DNA of 56,942 nt from Takakia lepidozioides. Lineage: Eukaryota > Plantae > Bryophyta. Below, piece by piece: positions 39,401 through 54,898 of the stretch. Within the stretch, counting starts at the first letter, position 1, and each line of letters starts with the position of its first letter. Below the pieces are notes generated by a model. The model was given only the letters and a program-made list of their open reading frames with translations. It searched no databases and was not told the DNA's origin. Made by a program: the position numbers and the translations under genes. Where the stretch lies: NCBI GenBank assembly GCA_030704615.1, contig JAKLZA010000373.1:1-56942 (forward strand), in the 5' to 3' direction.

Positions 39401-42400
39401 AGTATGAGGTCAATCAAATTGATTGAAAGGGTGAACCCATCGTTCGATGTTCAAATGAATTTTTGATTGCTTTCAAACTTGCGAGTGTGTTGGACATACC
39501 TTGTCACATGCTCCTCTCAAGTATGAAGTCAATCAAAATTGATTGAAAGGTGAACCCATCGTTCGATGTTCAAATGATTTTTGATTGCTTTCAACATTGC
39601 GAGTGTGTTGGACATACCTTGTCACATTACCTCTCAGTATGAAGTCAATCAAATTGATTGAAAGGGTGAACCCATCGTTCGATGTTCAAATGAATTTTGA
39701 TTGCTTTCAAACTTGCGAGTGTGTTGGACATACCTTGTCACAGGTACTCTCAAGTATGAAGTCAATCAAAATTGATTGAAAGGGTGAACCCATCGTTCGA
39801 TGTTCAAATGATTTTGATTGCTTTCAATCTTTGCGAGTGTGTTGCATACCTTGTCAGATCTCTCTCAAGTATGAGGTCAATCGAATTGATTCAAAGGGTG
39901 AACCCATCGTTCGATGTTCAAATGAATTTTTGATTGCTTTCAATCTTTGCGAGTGTGTTGGACATACCTTGTCACATGCTCCTCTCAAGTATGAAGTCAA
40001 TCAAATTGATTGAAAGGGTGAACCCATCGTTCGATGTTCAAATGATTTTTGATTGCTTTCAAACATTGCGAGTGTGTTGGACATACCTTGTCAGAGGTAC
40101 GTGTCGAGTATCAGGTCAATCGAAATTGATTCAAAGGGTGAACCCATCGTTCGATGTTCAAATGAATTTTTGATTGCTTTCAATCTTTGCGAGTGTGTTG
40201 GACATACCTTGTCACATGCTCCTCTCAAGTATGAAGTCAATCAAAATTGATTGAAAGGGTGAACCCATCGTTCGATGTTCAAATGATTTTTGATTGCTTT
40301 CAAACATTGCGAGTGTGTTGGACATACCTTGTCAGAGGTACGTGTCGAGTATCAGGTCAATCGAAATTGATTCAAAGGGTGAACCCATCGTTCGATGTTC
40401 AAATGAATTTTGATTGCTTTCAATCTTTGCGAGTGTGTTGGACATACCTTGTCACATGCTCCTCTCAAGTATGAAGTCAATCAAATTGATTGAAAGGGTG
40501 AACCCATCGTTCGATGTTCAAATGAATTTTTGATTGCTTTCAATCTTTGCGAGTGTGTTGGACATACCTTGTCACATGCTCCTCTCAAGTATGAAGTCAA
40601 TCAAAATTGATTGAAAGGTGAACCCATCGTTCGATGTTCAAATGATTTTTGATTGCTTTCAAACTTGCGAGTGTGTTGGACATACCTTGTCAGAGGTACG
40701 TGTCAAGTATCAGGTCAATCGAAATTGATTCAAAGGGTGAACCCATCGTTCGATGTTCAAATGAATTTTTGATTGCTTTCAATCTTTGCGAGTGTGTTGG
40801 ACATACCTTGTCACATGCTCCTCTCAAGTATGAAGTCAATCAAAATTGATTGAAAGGGTGAACCCATCGTTCGATGTTCAAATGAATTTTTGATTGCTTT
40901 CAAACATTGCGAGTGTGTTGGACATACCTTGTCAGAGGTACGTGTCGAGTATCAAGTCAATCGAAATTGATTGAAAGGGTGAACCCATCGTTCGATGTTC
41001 AAATGAATTTTTGATTGCTTTCAATCTTTGCGAGTGTGTTGGACATACCTTGTCACATGCTCCTCTCAAGTATGAAGTCAATCGAAATTGATTCAAAGGG
41101 TGAACCCATCGTTCGATGTTCAAATGAATTTTTGATTGCTTTCAATCTTTGCGAGTGTGTTGGACATACCTTGTCACATGCTCCTCTCAGTATGAGTCAA
41201 TCAAATTGATTGAAGGGTGAACCCATCGTTCGATGTTCAAATGATTTTTGATTGCTTTCAATCATTGCGAGTGTGTTGGACATACCTTGTCAGAGGTCCT
41301 GTCGAGTATGAAGTCAATCGAAATTGATTCAAAGGGTGAACCCATCGTTCGATGTTCAAATGAATTTTTGATTGCTTTCAATCTTTGCGAGTGTGTTGGA
41401 CATACCTTGTCACATGCTCCTCTCAAGTATGAAGTCAATCAAATTGATTGAAAGGGTGAACCCATCGTTCGATGTTCAAATGATTTTTGATTGCTTTCAA
41501 CATTGCGAGTGTGTTGGACATACCTTGTCACATGCTCCTCTCAAGTATGAGTCAATCAAAATTGATTGAAAGGGTGAACCCATCGTTCGATGTTCAAATG
41601 ATTTTTGATTGCTTTCAACATTGCGAGTGTGTTGGACATACCTTGTCAGAGGTACTGTCGAGTATCAGTCAATCGAAATTGATTCAAAGGGTGAACCCAT
41701 CGTTCGATGTTCAAATGAATTTTTGATTGCTTTCAATCTTTGCGAGTGTGTTGGACATACCTTGTCACATGCTCCTCTCAAGTATGAAGTCAATCAAAAT
41801 TGATTGAAAGGGTGAACCCATCGTTCGATGTTCAAATGATTTTTGATTGCTTTCAAACATTGCGAGTGTGTTGGACATACCTTGTCAGGGTACGTGTCGA
41901 GTATGAGTCAATCGAAATTGATTCAAAGGGTGAACCCATCGTTCGATGTTCAAATGAATTTTTGATTGCTTTCAATCTTGCGAGTGTGTTGGACATACCT
42001 TGTCACATGCTCCTCTCAAGTATGAAGTCAATCAAAATTGATTGAAAGGGTGAACCCATCGTTCGATGTTCAAATGATTTTTGATTGCTTTCAAACATTG
42101 CGAGTGTGTGTGGACATACCTTGTCACATGCTCCTCTCAAGTATGAAGTCAATCAAATTGATTGAAAGGGTGAACCCATCGTTCGATGTTCAAATGATTT
42201 TTGATTGCTTTCAAACATTGCGAGTGTGTTGGACATACCTTGTCAGAGGTACGTGTCAAGTATCAGGTCAATCGAAATTGATTCAAAGGGTGAACCCATC
42301 GTTCGATGTTCAAATGAATTTTTGATTGCTTTCAATCTTTGCGAGTGTGTTGGACATACCTTGTCACATGCTCCTCTCAAGTATGAAGTCAATCAAAATT

Positions 42401-45400
42401 GATTGAAAGGGTGAACCCATCGTTCGATGTTCAAATGAATTTTGATTGCTTTCAATCTTTGCGAGTGTGTTGGACATACCTTGTCACATGCTCCTCTCAA
42501 GTATGAAGTCAATCAAAATTGATTGAAAGGGTGAACCCATCGTTCGATGTTCAAATGAATTTTGATTGCTTTCAACATTGCGAGTGTGTTGGACATACCT
42601 TGTCAGAGGTACGTGTCGAGTATGAGTCAATCGAAATTGATTCAAAGGGTGAACCCATCGTTCGATGTTCAAATGAATTTTTGATTGCTTTCAATCTTTG
42701 CGAGTGTGTTGGACATACCTTGTCACATGCTCCTCTCAAGTATGAAGTCAATCAAAATTGATTGAAAGGGTGAACCCATCGTTCGATGTTCAAATGATTT
42801 TGATTGCTTTCAAACATTGCGAGTGTGTTGGACATACCTTGTCAGAGGTACGTGTCGAGTATCAGGTCAATCGAAATTGATTCAAAGGGTGAACCCATCG
42901 TTCGATGTTCAAATGAATTTTTGATTGCTTTCAATCTTTGCGAGTGTGTTGGACATACCTTGTCACATGCTCCTCTCAAGTATGAAGTCAATCAAAATTG
43001 ATTGAAAGGGTGAACCCATCGTTCGATGTTCAAATGATTTTTGATTGCTTTCAACTTTGCGAGTGTGTTGGACATACCTTGTCACATGCTCCTCTCAAGT
43101 ATGAAGTCAATCGAATTGATTGAAAGGGTGAACCCATCGTTCGATGTTCAAATGAATTTTTGATTGCTTTCAAACATTGCGAGTGTGTTGGACATACCTT
43201 GTCAGAGTACTGTCAAGTATGATGTCAATCAAAATTGATTCAAAGGGTGAACCCATCGTTCGATGTTCAAATGAATTTTGATTGCTTTCAATCTTTGCGA
43301 GTGTGTTGGACATACCTTGTCACATGCTCCTCTCAAGTATGAAGTCAATCAAAATTGATTGAAAGGTGAACCCATCGTTCGATGTTCAAATGATTTTTGA
43401 TTGCTTTCAAACATTGCGAGTGTGTTGGACATACCTTGTCAGAGGTACGTGTCAGTATCAGGTCAATCGAAATTGATTCAAAGGGTGAACCCATCGTTCG
43501 ATGTTCAAATGAATTTTTGATTGCTTTCAATCTTTGCGAGTGTGTTGGACATACCTTGTCACATGCTCCTCTCAAGTATGAGGTCAATCGAAATTGATTC
43601 AAAGGGTGAACCCATCGTTCGATGTTCAAATGAATTTTTGATTGCTTTCAATCTTTGCGAGTGTGTTGGACATACCTTGTCACATGCTCCTCTCAAGTAT
43701 GAAGTCAATCAAAATTGATTGAAAGGGTGAACCCATCGTTCGATGTTCAAATGATTTTTGATTGCTTTCAATCTTTGCGAGTGTGTTGGACATACCTTGT
43801 CACATGCTCCTCTCAAGTATGAAGTCAATCAAAATTGATTGAAAGGGTGAACCCATCGTTCGATGTTCAAATGATTTTTGATTGCTTTCAAACATTGCGA
43901 GTGTGTTGGACATACCTTGTCAGAGGTACGTGTCAAGTATCAGGTCAATCGAAATTGATTCAAAGGGTGAACCCATCGTTCGATGTTCAAATGAATTTTT
44001 GATTGCTTTCAATTGCGAGTGTGTTGGACATACCTTGTCACATGCTCCTCTCAAGTATGAAGTCAATCAAAATTGATTGAAAGGGTGAACCCATCGTTCG
44101 ATGTTCAAATGATTTTTGATTGCTTTCAAACATTGCGAGTGTGTTGGACATACCTTGTCAGAGGTACGTGTCGAGTATGATCAATCGAAATTGATTCAAA
44201 GGGTGAACCCATCGTTCGATGTTCAAATGAATTTTGATTGCTTTCAAACTTTGCGAGTGTGTTGGACATACCTTGTCACATGCTCCTCTCAAGTATGAAG
44301 TCAATCAAAATTGATTGAAGGGTGAACCCATCGTTCGATGTTCAAATGATTTTTGATTGCTTTCAAACATTGCGAGTGTGTTGGACATACCTTGTCAGAG
44401 GTACGTGTGAGTATCAGGTCAATCGAAATTGATTCAAAGGGTGAACCCATCGTTCGATGTTCAAATGAATTTTTGATTGCTTTCAATCTTTGCGAGTGTG
44501 TTGGACATACCTTGTCACATGCTCCTCTCAAGTATGAGTCAATCGAAATTGATTGAAGGGTGAACCCTCGTTCGATGTTCAAATGATTTTTGATTTGCTT
44601 TCTTTGCGAGTGTGTTGGACATACCTTGTCACATGCTCCTCTCAAGTATGAAGTCAATCAAATTGATTGAAAGGGTGAACCCATCGTTCGATGTTCAAAT
44701 GATTTTTGATTGCTTTCAAACATTGCGAGTGTGTTGGACATACCTTGTCAGAGGTACGTGTCAGTATCAGTCAATCGAAATTGATTCAAGGGTGAACCCA
44801 TCGTTCGATGTTCAAATGAATTTTTGATTGCTTTCAATCTTTGCGAGTGTGTTGGACATACCTTGTCACATGCTCCTCTCAAGTATGAAGTCAATCAAAT
44901 TGATTGAAAGGGTGAACCCATCGTTCGATGTTCAAATGATTTTTGATTGCTTTCAAACATTGCGAGTGTGTTGGACATACCTTGTCACATGCTCCTCTCA
45001 AGTATGAAGTCAATCAAAATTGATTGAAAGGGTGAACCCATCGTTCGATGTTCAAATGATTTTTGATTGCTTTCAAACATTGCGAGTGTGTTGGACATAC
45101 CTTGTCAGAGGTACGTGTCGAGTATCAGTCAATCGAAATTGATTCAAAGGGTGAACCCATCGTTCGATGTTCAAATGAATTTTTGATTGCTTTCAATCTT
45201 TGCGAGTGTGTTGGACATACCTTGTCACATGCTCCTCTCAAGTATGAAGTCAATCAAAATTGATTGAAAGGGTGAACCCATCGTTCGATGTTCAAATGAT
45301 TTTTGATTGCTTTCAACATTGCGAGTGTGTTGGACATACCTTGTCACATGCTCCTCTCAAGTATGAAGTCAATCAAAATTGATTGAAAGGGTGAACCCAT

Positions 45401-48400
45401 CGTTCGATGTTCAAATGATTTTTGATTGCTTTCAAACATTGCGAGTGTGTTGGACATACCTTGTCAGAGGTACGTGTCGAGTATCAGGTCAATCGAAATT
45501 GATTCAAAGGGTGAACCCATCGTTCGATGTTCAAATGAATTTTTGATTGCTTTCAATCTTTGCGAGTGTGTTGGACATACCTTGTCACATGCTCCTCTCA
45601 AGTATGAAGTCAATCAAATTGATTGAAAGGGTGAACCCATCGTTCGATGTTCAAATGATTTTTGATTGCTTTCAAACTTGCGAGTGTGTTGGACATACCT
45701 TGTCACATGCTCCTCTCAAGTATGAAGTCAATCAAAATTGATTGAAAGGGTGAACCCATCGTTCGATGTTCAAATGATTTTTGATTGCTTTCAAACATTG
45801 CGAGTGTGTTGGACATACCTTGTCAGAGGTACGTGTCAAGTATCAGGTCAATCGAAATTGATTCAAAGGGTGAACCCATCGTTCGATGTTCAAATGAATT
45901 TTTGATTGCTTTCAATCTTTGCGAGTGTGTTGGACATACCTTGTCACATGCTCCTCTCAAGTATGAAGTCAATCAAAATTGATTGAAAGGGTGAACCCAT
46001 CGTTCGATGTTCAAATGATTTTTGATTGCTTTCAACATTGCGAGTGTGTTGGACATACCTTGTCAGAGGTACGTGTCGAGTATCAGTCAATCGAAATTGA
46101 TTCAAAGGGTGAACCCATCGTTCGATGTTCAAATGAATTTTGATTGCTTTCAATCATTGCGAGTGTGTTGGACATACCTTGTCACATGCTCCTCTCAAGT
46201 ATGAAGTCAATCAAATTGATTGAAAGGGTGAACCCATCGTTCGATGTTCAAATGATTTTTGATTGCTTTCAAACATTGCGAGTGTGTTGGACATACCTTG
46301 TCAGAGGTACGTGTCAAGTATCAGGTCAATCGAAATTGATTCAAAGGGTGAACCCATCGTTCGATGTTCAAATGAATTTTTGATTGCTTTCAATCTTTGC
46401 GAGTGTGTTGGACATACCTTGTCACATGCTCCTCTCAAGTATGAAGTCAATCAAAATTGATTGAAAGGGTGAACCCATCGTTCGATGTTCAAATGATTTT
46501 GATTGCTTTCAAACATTGCGAGTGTGTTGGACATACCTTGTCAGAGGTACGTCTCAAGTATCAGGTCAATCGAAATTGATTCAAAGGGTGAACCCATCGT
46601 TCGATGTTCAAATGAATTTTTGATTGCTTTCAATCTTTGCGAGTGTGTTGGACATACCTTGTCACATGCTCCTCTCAAGTATGAAGTCAATCAAAATTGA
46701 TTGAAAGGGTGAACCCATCGTTCGATGTTCAAATGATTTTTGATTGCTTTCAATCTTTGCGAGTGTGTTGGACATACCTTGTCACATGCTCCTCTCAGTA
46801 TGAAGTCAATCAAAATTGATTGAAAGGGTGAACCCATCGTTCGATGTTCAAATGAATTTTTGATTGCTTTCAAACATTGCGAGTGTGTTGGACATACCTT
46901 GTCAGAGGTACGTGTCGAGTATGAGTCAATCGAAATTGATTCAAAGGGTGAACCCATCGTTCGATGTTCAAATGATTTTTGATTGCTTTCAATCTTTGCG
47001 AGTGTGTTGGACATACCTTGTCACATGCTCCTCTCAAGTATGAAGTCAATCAAAATTGATTGAAAGGGTGAACCCATCGTTCGATGTTCAAATGAATTTT
47101 TGATTGCTTTCAATCTTGCGAGTGTGTTGGACATACCTTGTCACATGCTCCTCTCAAGTATGAAGTCAATCAAAATTGATTGAAAGGGTGAACCCATCGT
47201 TCGATGTTCAAATGATTTTTTGATTGCTTTCAATCTTTGCGAGTGTGTTGGACATACCTTGTCACATGCTCCTCTCAAGTATGAAGTCAATCAAAATTGA
47301 TTGAAAGGGTGAACCCATCGTTCGATGTTCAAATGATTTTTGATTGCTTTCAAACATTGCGAGTGTGTTGGACATACCTTGTCAGAGGTACGTGTCGAGT
47401 ATCAGGTCAATCGAAATTGATTCAAAGGGTGAACCCATCGTTCGATGTTCAAATGAATTTTTGATTGCTTTCAATCTTTGCGAGTGTGTTGGACATACCT
47501 TGTCACATGCTCCTCTCAAGTATGAAGTCAATCAAAATTGATTGAAAGGGTGAACCCATCGTTCGATGTTCAAATGATTTTTGATTGCTTTCAAACATTG
47601 CGAGTGTGTTGGACATACCTTGTCACATGCTCCTCTCAAGTATGAAGTCAATCAAAATTGATTGAAAGGGTGAACCCATCGTTCGATGTTCAAATGATTT
47701 TTGATTGCTTTCAAACATTGCGAGTGTGTTGGACATACCTTGTCAGAGGTACGTGTCAAGTATCAGTCAATCGAAATTGATTCAAAGGGTGAACCCATCG
47801 TTCGATGTTCAAATGAATTTTTGATTGCTTTCAATCTTTGCGAGTGTGTTGGACATACCTTGTCACATGCTCCTCTCAAGTATGAAGTCAATCAAAATTG
47901 ATTGAAAGGGTGAACCCATCGTTCGATGTTCAAATGATTTTTGATTGCTTTCAAACATTGCGAGTGTGTTGGACATACCTTGTCAGAGGTACGTGTCGAG
48001 TATCAGGTCAATCGAAATTGATTGAAAGGGTGAACCCATCGTTCGATGTTCAAATGAATTTTTGATTGCTTTCAATCTTTGCGAGTGTGTTGGACATACC
48101 TTGTCACATGCTCCTCTCAAGTATGAAGTCAATCGAAATTGATTGAAAGGGTGAACCCATCGTTCGATGTTCAAATGATTTTTGATTGCTTTCAATCTTT
48201 GCGAGTGTGTTGGACATACCTTGTCACAGCTCCTCTCAAGTATGAAGTCAATCAAATTGATTGAAAGGGTGAACCCATCGTTCGATGTTCAAATGAATTT
48301 TTGATTGCTTTCAAACATTGCGAGTGTGTTGGACATACCTTGTCAGAGGTACGTGTCAAGTATGAAGTCAATCGAAATTGATTCAAAGGGTGAACCCATC

Positions 48401-51400
48401 GTTCGATGTTCAAATGATTTTTGATTGCTTTCAATCTTGCGAGTGTGTTGGACATACCTTGTCACATGCTCCTCTCAGTATGAGGTCAATCAAAATTGAT
48501 TGAAAGGGTGAACCCATCGTTCGATGTTCAAATGAATTTTGATTGCTTTCAATCTTTGCGAGTGTGTTGGACATACCTTGTCACATGCTCCTCTCAAGTA
48601 TGAAGTCAATCAAAATTGATTGAAAGGGTGAACCCATCGTTCGATGTTCAAATGATTTTTTGATTGCTTTCAATCTTGCGAGTGTGTTGGACATACCTTG
48701 TCACATGCTCCTCTCAAGTATGAAGTCAATCAAAATTGATTGAAAGGGTGAACCCATCGTTCGATGTTCAAATGATTTTTGATTGCTTTCAAACATTGCG
48801 AGTGTGTTGGACATACCTTGTCAGAGGTACGTGTCGAGTATCAGGTCAATCGAAATTGATTCAAAGGGTGAACCCATCGTTCGATGTTCAAATGAATTTT
48901 TGATTGCTTTCAATCTTTGCGAGTGTGTTGGACATACCTTGTCACATGCTCCTCTCAAGTATGAAGTCAATCAAATTGATTGAAAGGGTGAACCCATCGT
49001 TCGATGTTCAAATGATTTTTGATTGCTTTCAAACATTGCGAGTGTGTTGGACATACCTTGTCACATGCTCCTCTCAAGTATGAAGTCAATCAAATTGATT
49101 GAAAGGGTGAACCCATCGTTCGATGTTCAAATGATTTTTGATTGCTTTCAAACATTGCGAGTGTGTTGGACATACCTTGTCAGAGGTACGTGTCAGTATC
49201 AGTCAATCGAAATTGATTCAAAGGGTGAACCCATCGTTCGATGTTCAAATGAATTTTTGATTGCTTTCAATCTTTGCGAGTGTGTTGGACATACCTTGTC
49301 ACATGCTCCTCTCAAGTATGAAGTCAATCAAAATTGATTGAAAGGGTGAACCCATCGTTCGATGTTCAAATGATTTTTGATTGCTTTCAAACATTGCGAG
49401 TGTGTTGGACATACCTTGTCAGAGGTACGTGTCGAGTATCAGGTCAATCGAAATTGATTCAAAGGGTGAACCCATCGTTCGATGTTCAAATGAATTTTTG
49501 ATTGCTTTCAATCTTTGCGAGTGTGTTGGACATACCTTGTCACATGCTCCTCTCAAGTATGAAGTCAATCAAAATTGATTGAAAGGGTGAACCCATCGTT
49601 CGATGTTCAAATGATTTTTGATTGCTTTCAAACATTGCGAGTGTGTTGGACATACCTTGTCAGAGGTACGTGTCGAGTATGAGGTCAATCGAAATTGATT
49701 GAAAGGGTGAACCCATCGTTCGATGTTCAAATGAATTTTTGATTGCTTTCAATCTTTGCGAGTGTGTTGGACATACCTTGTCACATGCTCCTCTCAAGTA
49801 TGAGGTCAATCGAAATTGATTGAAAGGGTGAACCCATCGTTCGATGTTCAAATGAATTTTTGATTGCTTTCAATCTTTGCGAGTGTGTTGGACATACCTT
49901 GTCACATGCTCCTCTCAAGTATGAAGTCAATCAAAATTGATTGAAAGGGTGAACCCATCGTTCGATGTTCAAATGATTTTTGATTGCTTTCAAACATTGC
50001 GAGTGTGTTGGACATACCTTGTCAGAGGTACGTGTCGAGTATCAGGTCAATCGAAATTGATTCAAAGGGTGAACCCATCGTTCGATGTTCAAATGAATTT
50101 TTGATTGCTTTCAATCTTTGCGAGTGTGTTGGACATACCTTGTCACATGCTCCTCTCAAGTATGAAGTCAATCAAAATTGATTGAAAGGGTGAACCCATC
50201 GTTCGATGTTCAAATGATTTTTGATTGCTTTCAAACATTGCGAGTGTGTTGGACATACCTTGTCAGAGGTACGTGTCGAGTATCAGGTCAATCGAAATTG
50301 ATTCAAAGGGTGAACCCATCGTTCGATGTTCAAATGAATTTTTGATTGCTTTCAATCTTTGCGAGTGTGTTGGACATACCTTGTCACATGCTCCTCTCAA
50401 GTATGAAGTCAATCAAAATTGATTGAAAGGGTGAACCCATCGTTCGATGTTCAAATGATTTTTGATTGCTTTCAAACATTGCGAGTGTGTTGGACATACC
50501 TTGTCACATGCTCCTCTCAAGTATGAAGTCAATCAAAATTGATTGAAAGGGTGAACCCATCGTTCGATGTTCAAATGATTTTTGATTGCTTTCAAACATT
50601 GCGAGTGTGTTGGACATACCTTGTCAGAGGTACGTGTCAAGTATCAAGTCAATCGAAATTGATTCAAAGGTGAACCCATCGTTCGATGTTCAAATGAATT
50701 TTTGATTGCTTTCAATCTTTGCGAGTGTGTTGGACATACCTTGTCACATGCTCCTCTCAAGTATGAAGTCAATCAAAATTGATTGAAAGGGTGAACCCAT
50801 CGTTCGATGTTCAAATGATTTTTGATTGCTTTCAAACATTGCGAGTGTGTTGGACATACCTTGTCAGAGGTACGTGTCGAGTATCAGGTCAATCGAAATT
50901 GATTGAAAGGGTGAACCCATCGTTCGATGTTCAAATGATTTTTGATTGCTTTCAATCTTTGCGAGTGTGTTGGACATACCTTGTCACATGCTCCTCTCAA
51001 GTATGAGGTCAATCGAAATTGATTCAAAGGGTGAACCCATCGTTCGATGTTCAAATGAATTTTTGATTGCTTTCAATCTTTGCGAGTGTGTTGGACATAC
51101 CTTGTCACATGCTCCTCTCAAGTATGAAGTCAATCAAAATTGATTGAAAGGGTGAACCCATCGTTCGATGTTCAAATGATTTTTGATTGCTTTCAAACAT
51201 TGCGAGTGTGTTGGACATACCTTGTCAGAGGTACGTGTCGAGTATCAGGTCAATCGAAATTGATTCAAAGGGTGAACCCATCGTTCGATGTTCAAATGAA
51301 TTTTTGATTGCTTTCAATCTTTGCGAGTGTGTTGGACATACCTTGTCACATGCTCCTCTCAAGTATGAAGTCAATCAAATTGATTGAAAGGGTGAACCCA

Positions 51401-54400
51401 TCGTTCGATGTTCAAATGATTTTTGATTGCTTTCAAACATTGCGAGTGTGTTGGACATACCTTGTCACATGCTCCTCTCAAGTATGAAGTCAATCAAAAT
51501 TGATTGAAAGGGTGAACCCATCGTTCGATGTTCAAATGATTTTTGATTGCTTTCAAACATTGCGAGTGTGTTGGACATACCTTGTCAGAGGTACGTGTCA
51601 AGTATCAGTCAATCGAAATTGATTCAAAGGGTGAACCCATCGTTCGATGTTCAAATGAATTTTTGATTGCTTTCAATCTTTGCGAGTGTGTTGGACATAC
51701 CTTGTCACATGCTCCTCTCAAGTATGAAGTCAATCAAAATTGATTGAAAGGGTGAACCCATCGTTCGATGTTCAAATGATTTTTGATTGCTTTCAAACAT
51801 TGCGAGTGTGTTGGACATACCTTGTCAGAGGTACGTGTCAGTATCAGGTCAATCGAAATTGATTCAAAGGGTGAACCCATCGTTCGATGTTCAAATGAAT
51901 TTTTGATTGCTTTCAATCTTTGCGAGTGTGTTGGACATACCTTGTCACATGCTCCTCTCAAGTATGAAGTCAATCAAAATTGATTGAAAGGGTGAACCCA
52001 TCGTTCGATGTTCAAATGATTTTGATTGCTTTCAAACATTGCGAGTGTGTTGGACATACCTTGTCAGAGGTACGTGTCGAGTATCAGGTCAATCGAAATT
52101 GATTGAAAGGGTGAACCCATCGTTCGATGTTCAAATGAATTTTTGATTGCTTTCAATCTTTGCGAGTGTGTTGGACATACCTTGTCACATGCTCCTCTCA
52201 AGTATGAGGTCAATCGAAATTGATTGAAAGGGTGAACCCATCGTTCGATGTTCAAATGAATTTTTGATTGCTTTCAATCTTTGCGAGTGTGTTGGACATA
52301 CCTTGTCACATGCTCCTCTCAAGTATGAAGTCAATCAAAATTGATTGAAAGGGTGAACCCATCGTTCGATGTTCAAATGATTTTTGATTGCTTTCAACAT
52401 TGCGAGTGTGTTGGACATACCTTGTCAGAGTACGTGTCGAGTATCAGGTCAATCGAAATTGATTCAAAGGGTGAACCCATCGTTCGATGTTCAAATGAAT
52501 TTTTGATTGCTTTCAATCTTTGCGAGTGTGTTGGACATACCTTGTCACATGCTCCTCTCAAGTATGAAGTCAATCAAATTGATTGAAAGGGTGAACCCAT
52601 CGTTCGATGTTCAAATGATTTTTGATTGCTTTCAAACATTGCGAGTGTGTTGGACATACCTTGTCACATGCTCCTCTCAAGTATGAAGTCAATCAAAATT
52701 GATTGAAAGGGTGAACCCATCGTTCGATGTTCAAATGATCTTTGATTGCTTTCAAACATTGCGAGTGTGTTGGACATACCTTGTCAGAGTACGTGTCAGT
52801 ATCATGTCAATCGAAATTGATTCAAAGGGTGAACCCATCGTTCGATGTTCAAATGAATTTTTGATTGCTTTCAATCTTTGCGAGTGTGTTGGACATACCT
52901 TGTCACATGCTCCTCTCAAGTATGAAGTCAATCAAAATTGATTGAAAGGGTGAACCCATCGTTCGATGTTCAAATGATCTTTGATTGCTTTCAAACATTG
53001 CGAGTGTGTTGGACATACCTTGTCAGAGGTACTGTCGAGTATCAGGTCAATCGAAATTGATTCAAAGGGTGAACCCATCGTTCGATGTTCAAATGAATTT
53101 TGATTGCTTTCAAACATTGCGAGTGTGTTGGACATACCTTGTCACATGCTCTCTCAAGTATGAAGTCAATCAAAATTGATTGAAAGGTGAACCATCGTTC
53201 GATGTTCAAATGATTTTTGATTGCTTTCAAACATTGCGAGTGTGTTGGACATACCTTGTCAGAGGTACGTGTCGAGTATCAGGTCAATCGAAATTGATTG
53301 AAAGGTGAACCCATCGTTCGATGTTCAAATGATTTTTGATTGCTTTCATCTTGCGAGTGTGTTGGACATACCTTGTCACATGCTCCTCTCAGTATGAGGT
53401 CAATCAAATTGATTCAAAGGGTGAACCCATCGTTCGATGTTCAAATGAATTTTTGATTGCTTTCAATCTTGCGAGTGTGTTGGACATACCTTGTCACATG
53501 CTCCTCTCAAGTATGAAGTCAATCAAATTGATTGAAAGGGTGAACCCATCGTTCGATGTTCAAATGATTTTTGATTGCTTTCAATCTTTGCGAGTGTGTT
53601 GGACATACCTTGTCAGAGGTACGTGTCGAGTATCAGGTCAATCAAAATTGATTGAAAGGGTGAACCCATCGTTCGATGTTCAAATGATTTTTGATTGCTT
53701 TCAATCTTTGCGAGTGTGTTGGACATACCTTGTCACATGCTCCTCTCAAGTATGAAGTCAATCAAAATTGATTGAAAGGGTGAACCCATCGTTCGATGTT
53801 CAAATGATTTTTGATTGCTTTCAAACATTGCGAGTGTGTTGGACATACCTTGTCACATGCTCCTCTCAAGTATGAAGTCAATCAAAATTGATTGAAAGGG
53901 TGAACCCATCGTTCGATGTTCAAATGATTTTTGATTGCTTTCAAACATTGCGAGTGTGTTGGACATACCTTGTCAGAGGTACGTGTCAAGTATCAAGTCA
54001 ATCGAAATTGATTCAAAGGGTGAACCCATCGTTCGATGTTCAAATGAATTTTTGATTGCTTTCAATCTTTGCGAGTGTGTTGGACATACCTTGTCACATG
54101 CTCCTCAAGTATGAAGTCAATCGAAATTGATTGAAAGGTGAACCCATCGTTCGATGTTCAAATGATTTTTGATTGCTTTCAATCTTTGCGAGTGTGTTGG
54201 ACATACCTTGTCACATGCTCCTCTCAAGTATGAAGTCAATCAAAATTGATTGAAAGGGTGAACCCATCGTTCGATGTTCAAATGATTTTTGATTGCTTTC
54301 AAACATTGCGAGTGTGTTGGACATACCTTGTCAGAGGTACGTGTCGAGTATCAGGTCAATCGAAATTGATTCAAAGGGTGAACCCATCGTTCGATGTTCA

Positions 54401-54824
54401 AATGATTTTTGATTGCTTTCAATCTTTGCGAGTGTGTTGGACATACCTTGTCACATGCTCCTCTCAAGTATGAAGTCAATCAAAATTGATTGAAAGGGTG
54501 AACCCATCGTTCGATGTTCAAATGATTTTTGATTGCTTTCAAACATGCGAGTGTGTTGGACATACCTTGTCACATGCTCCTCTCAAGTATGAAGTCAATC
54601 AAAATTGATTGAAAGGGTGAACCCATCGTTCGATGTTCAAATGATTTTTGATTGCTTTCAAACATGCGAGTGTGTTGGACATACTTGTCAGAGGTACGTG
54701 TCAAGTATGAGTCAATCGAAATTGATTCAAAGGGTGAACCCATCGTTCGATGTTCAAATGATTTTTGATTGCTTTCAATCTTTGCGAGTGTGTTGGACAT
54801 ACCTTGTCACATGCTCCTCTCAAG

Positions 54825-54898
54825 GTCAGTCAGGAAAGGGGGTGGGATTTTTAAGGGGGAAGTTTTAATGTTTTTTGTTTTTGTGTGGTGTCACCGTC
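54825..54898. other. Low-complexity G/T-rich interruption replacing one monomer; probable sequencing artefact
   Basis: GTCAGTCAGGAAAGGGGGTGGGATTTTTAAGGGGGAAGTTTTAATGTTTTTTGTTTTTGTGTGGTGTCACCGTC retains garbled monomer landmarks in order (GAAAGGG..TG, T-runs, TGTG, TGTCAC, CTCTCAA). Confidence 0.7.

Noticed and set aside
54825-54898. Transposon/MITE insertion or telomeric repeat
   Set aside because: There are no terminal inverted repeats and no regular short period. It reads as a garbled, shortened monomer.
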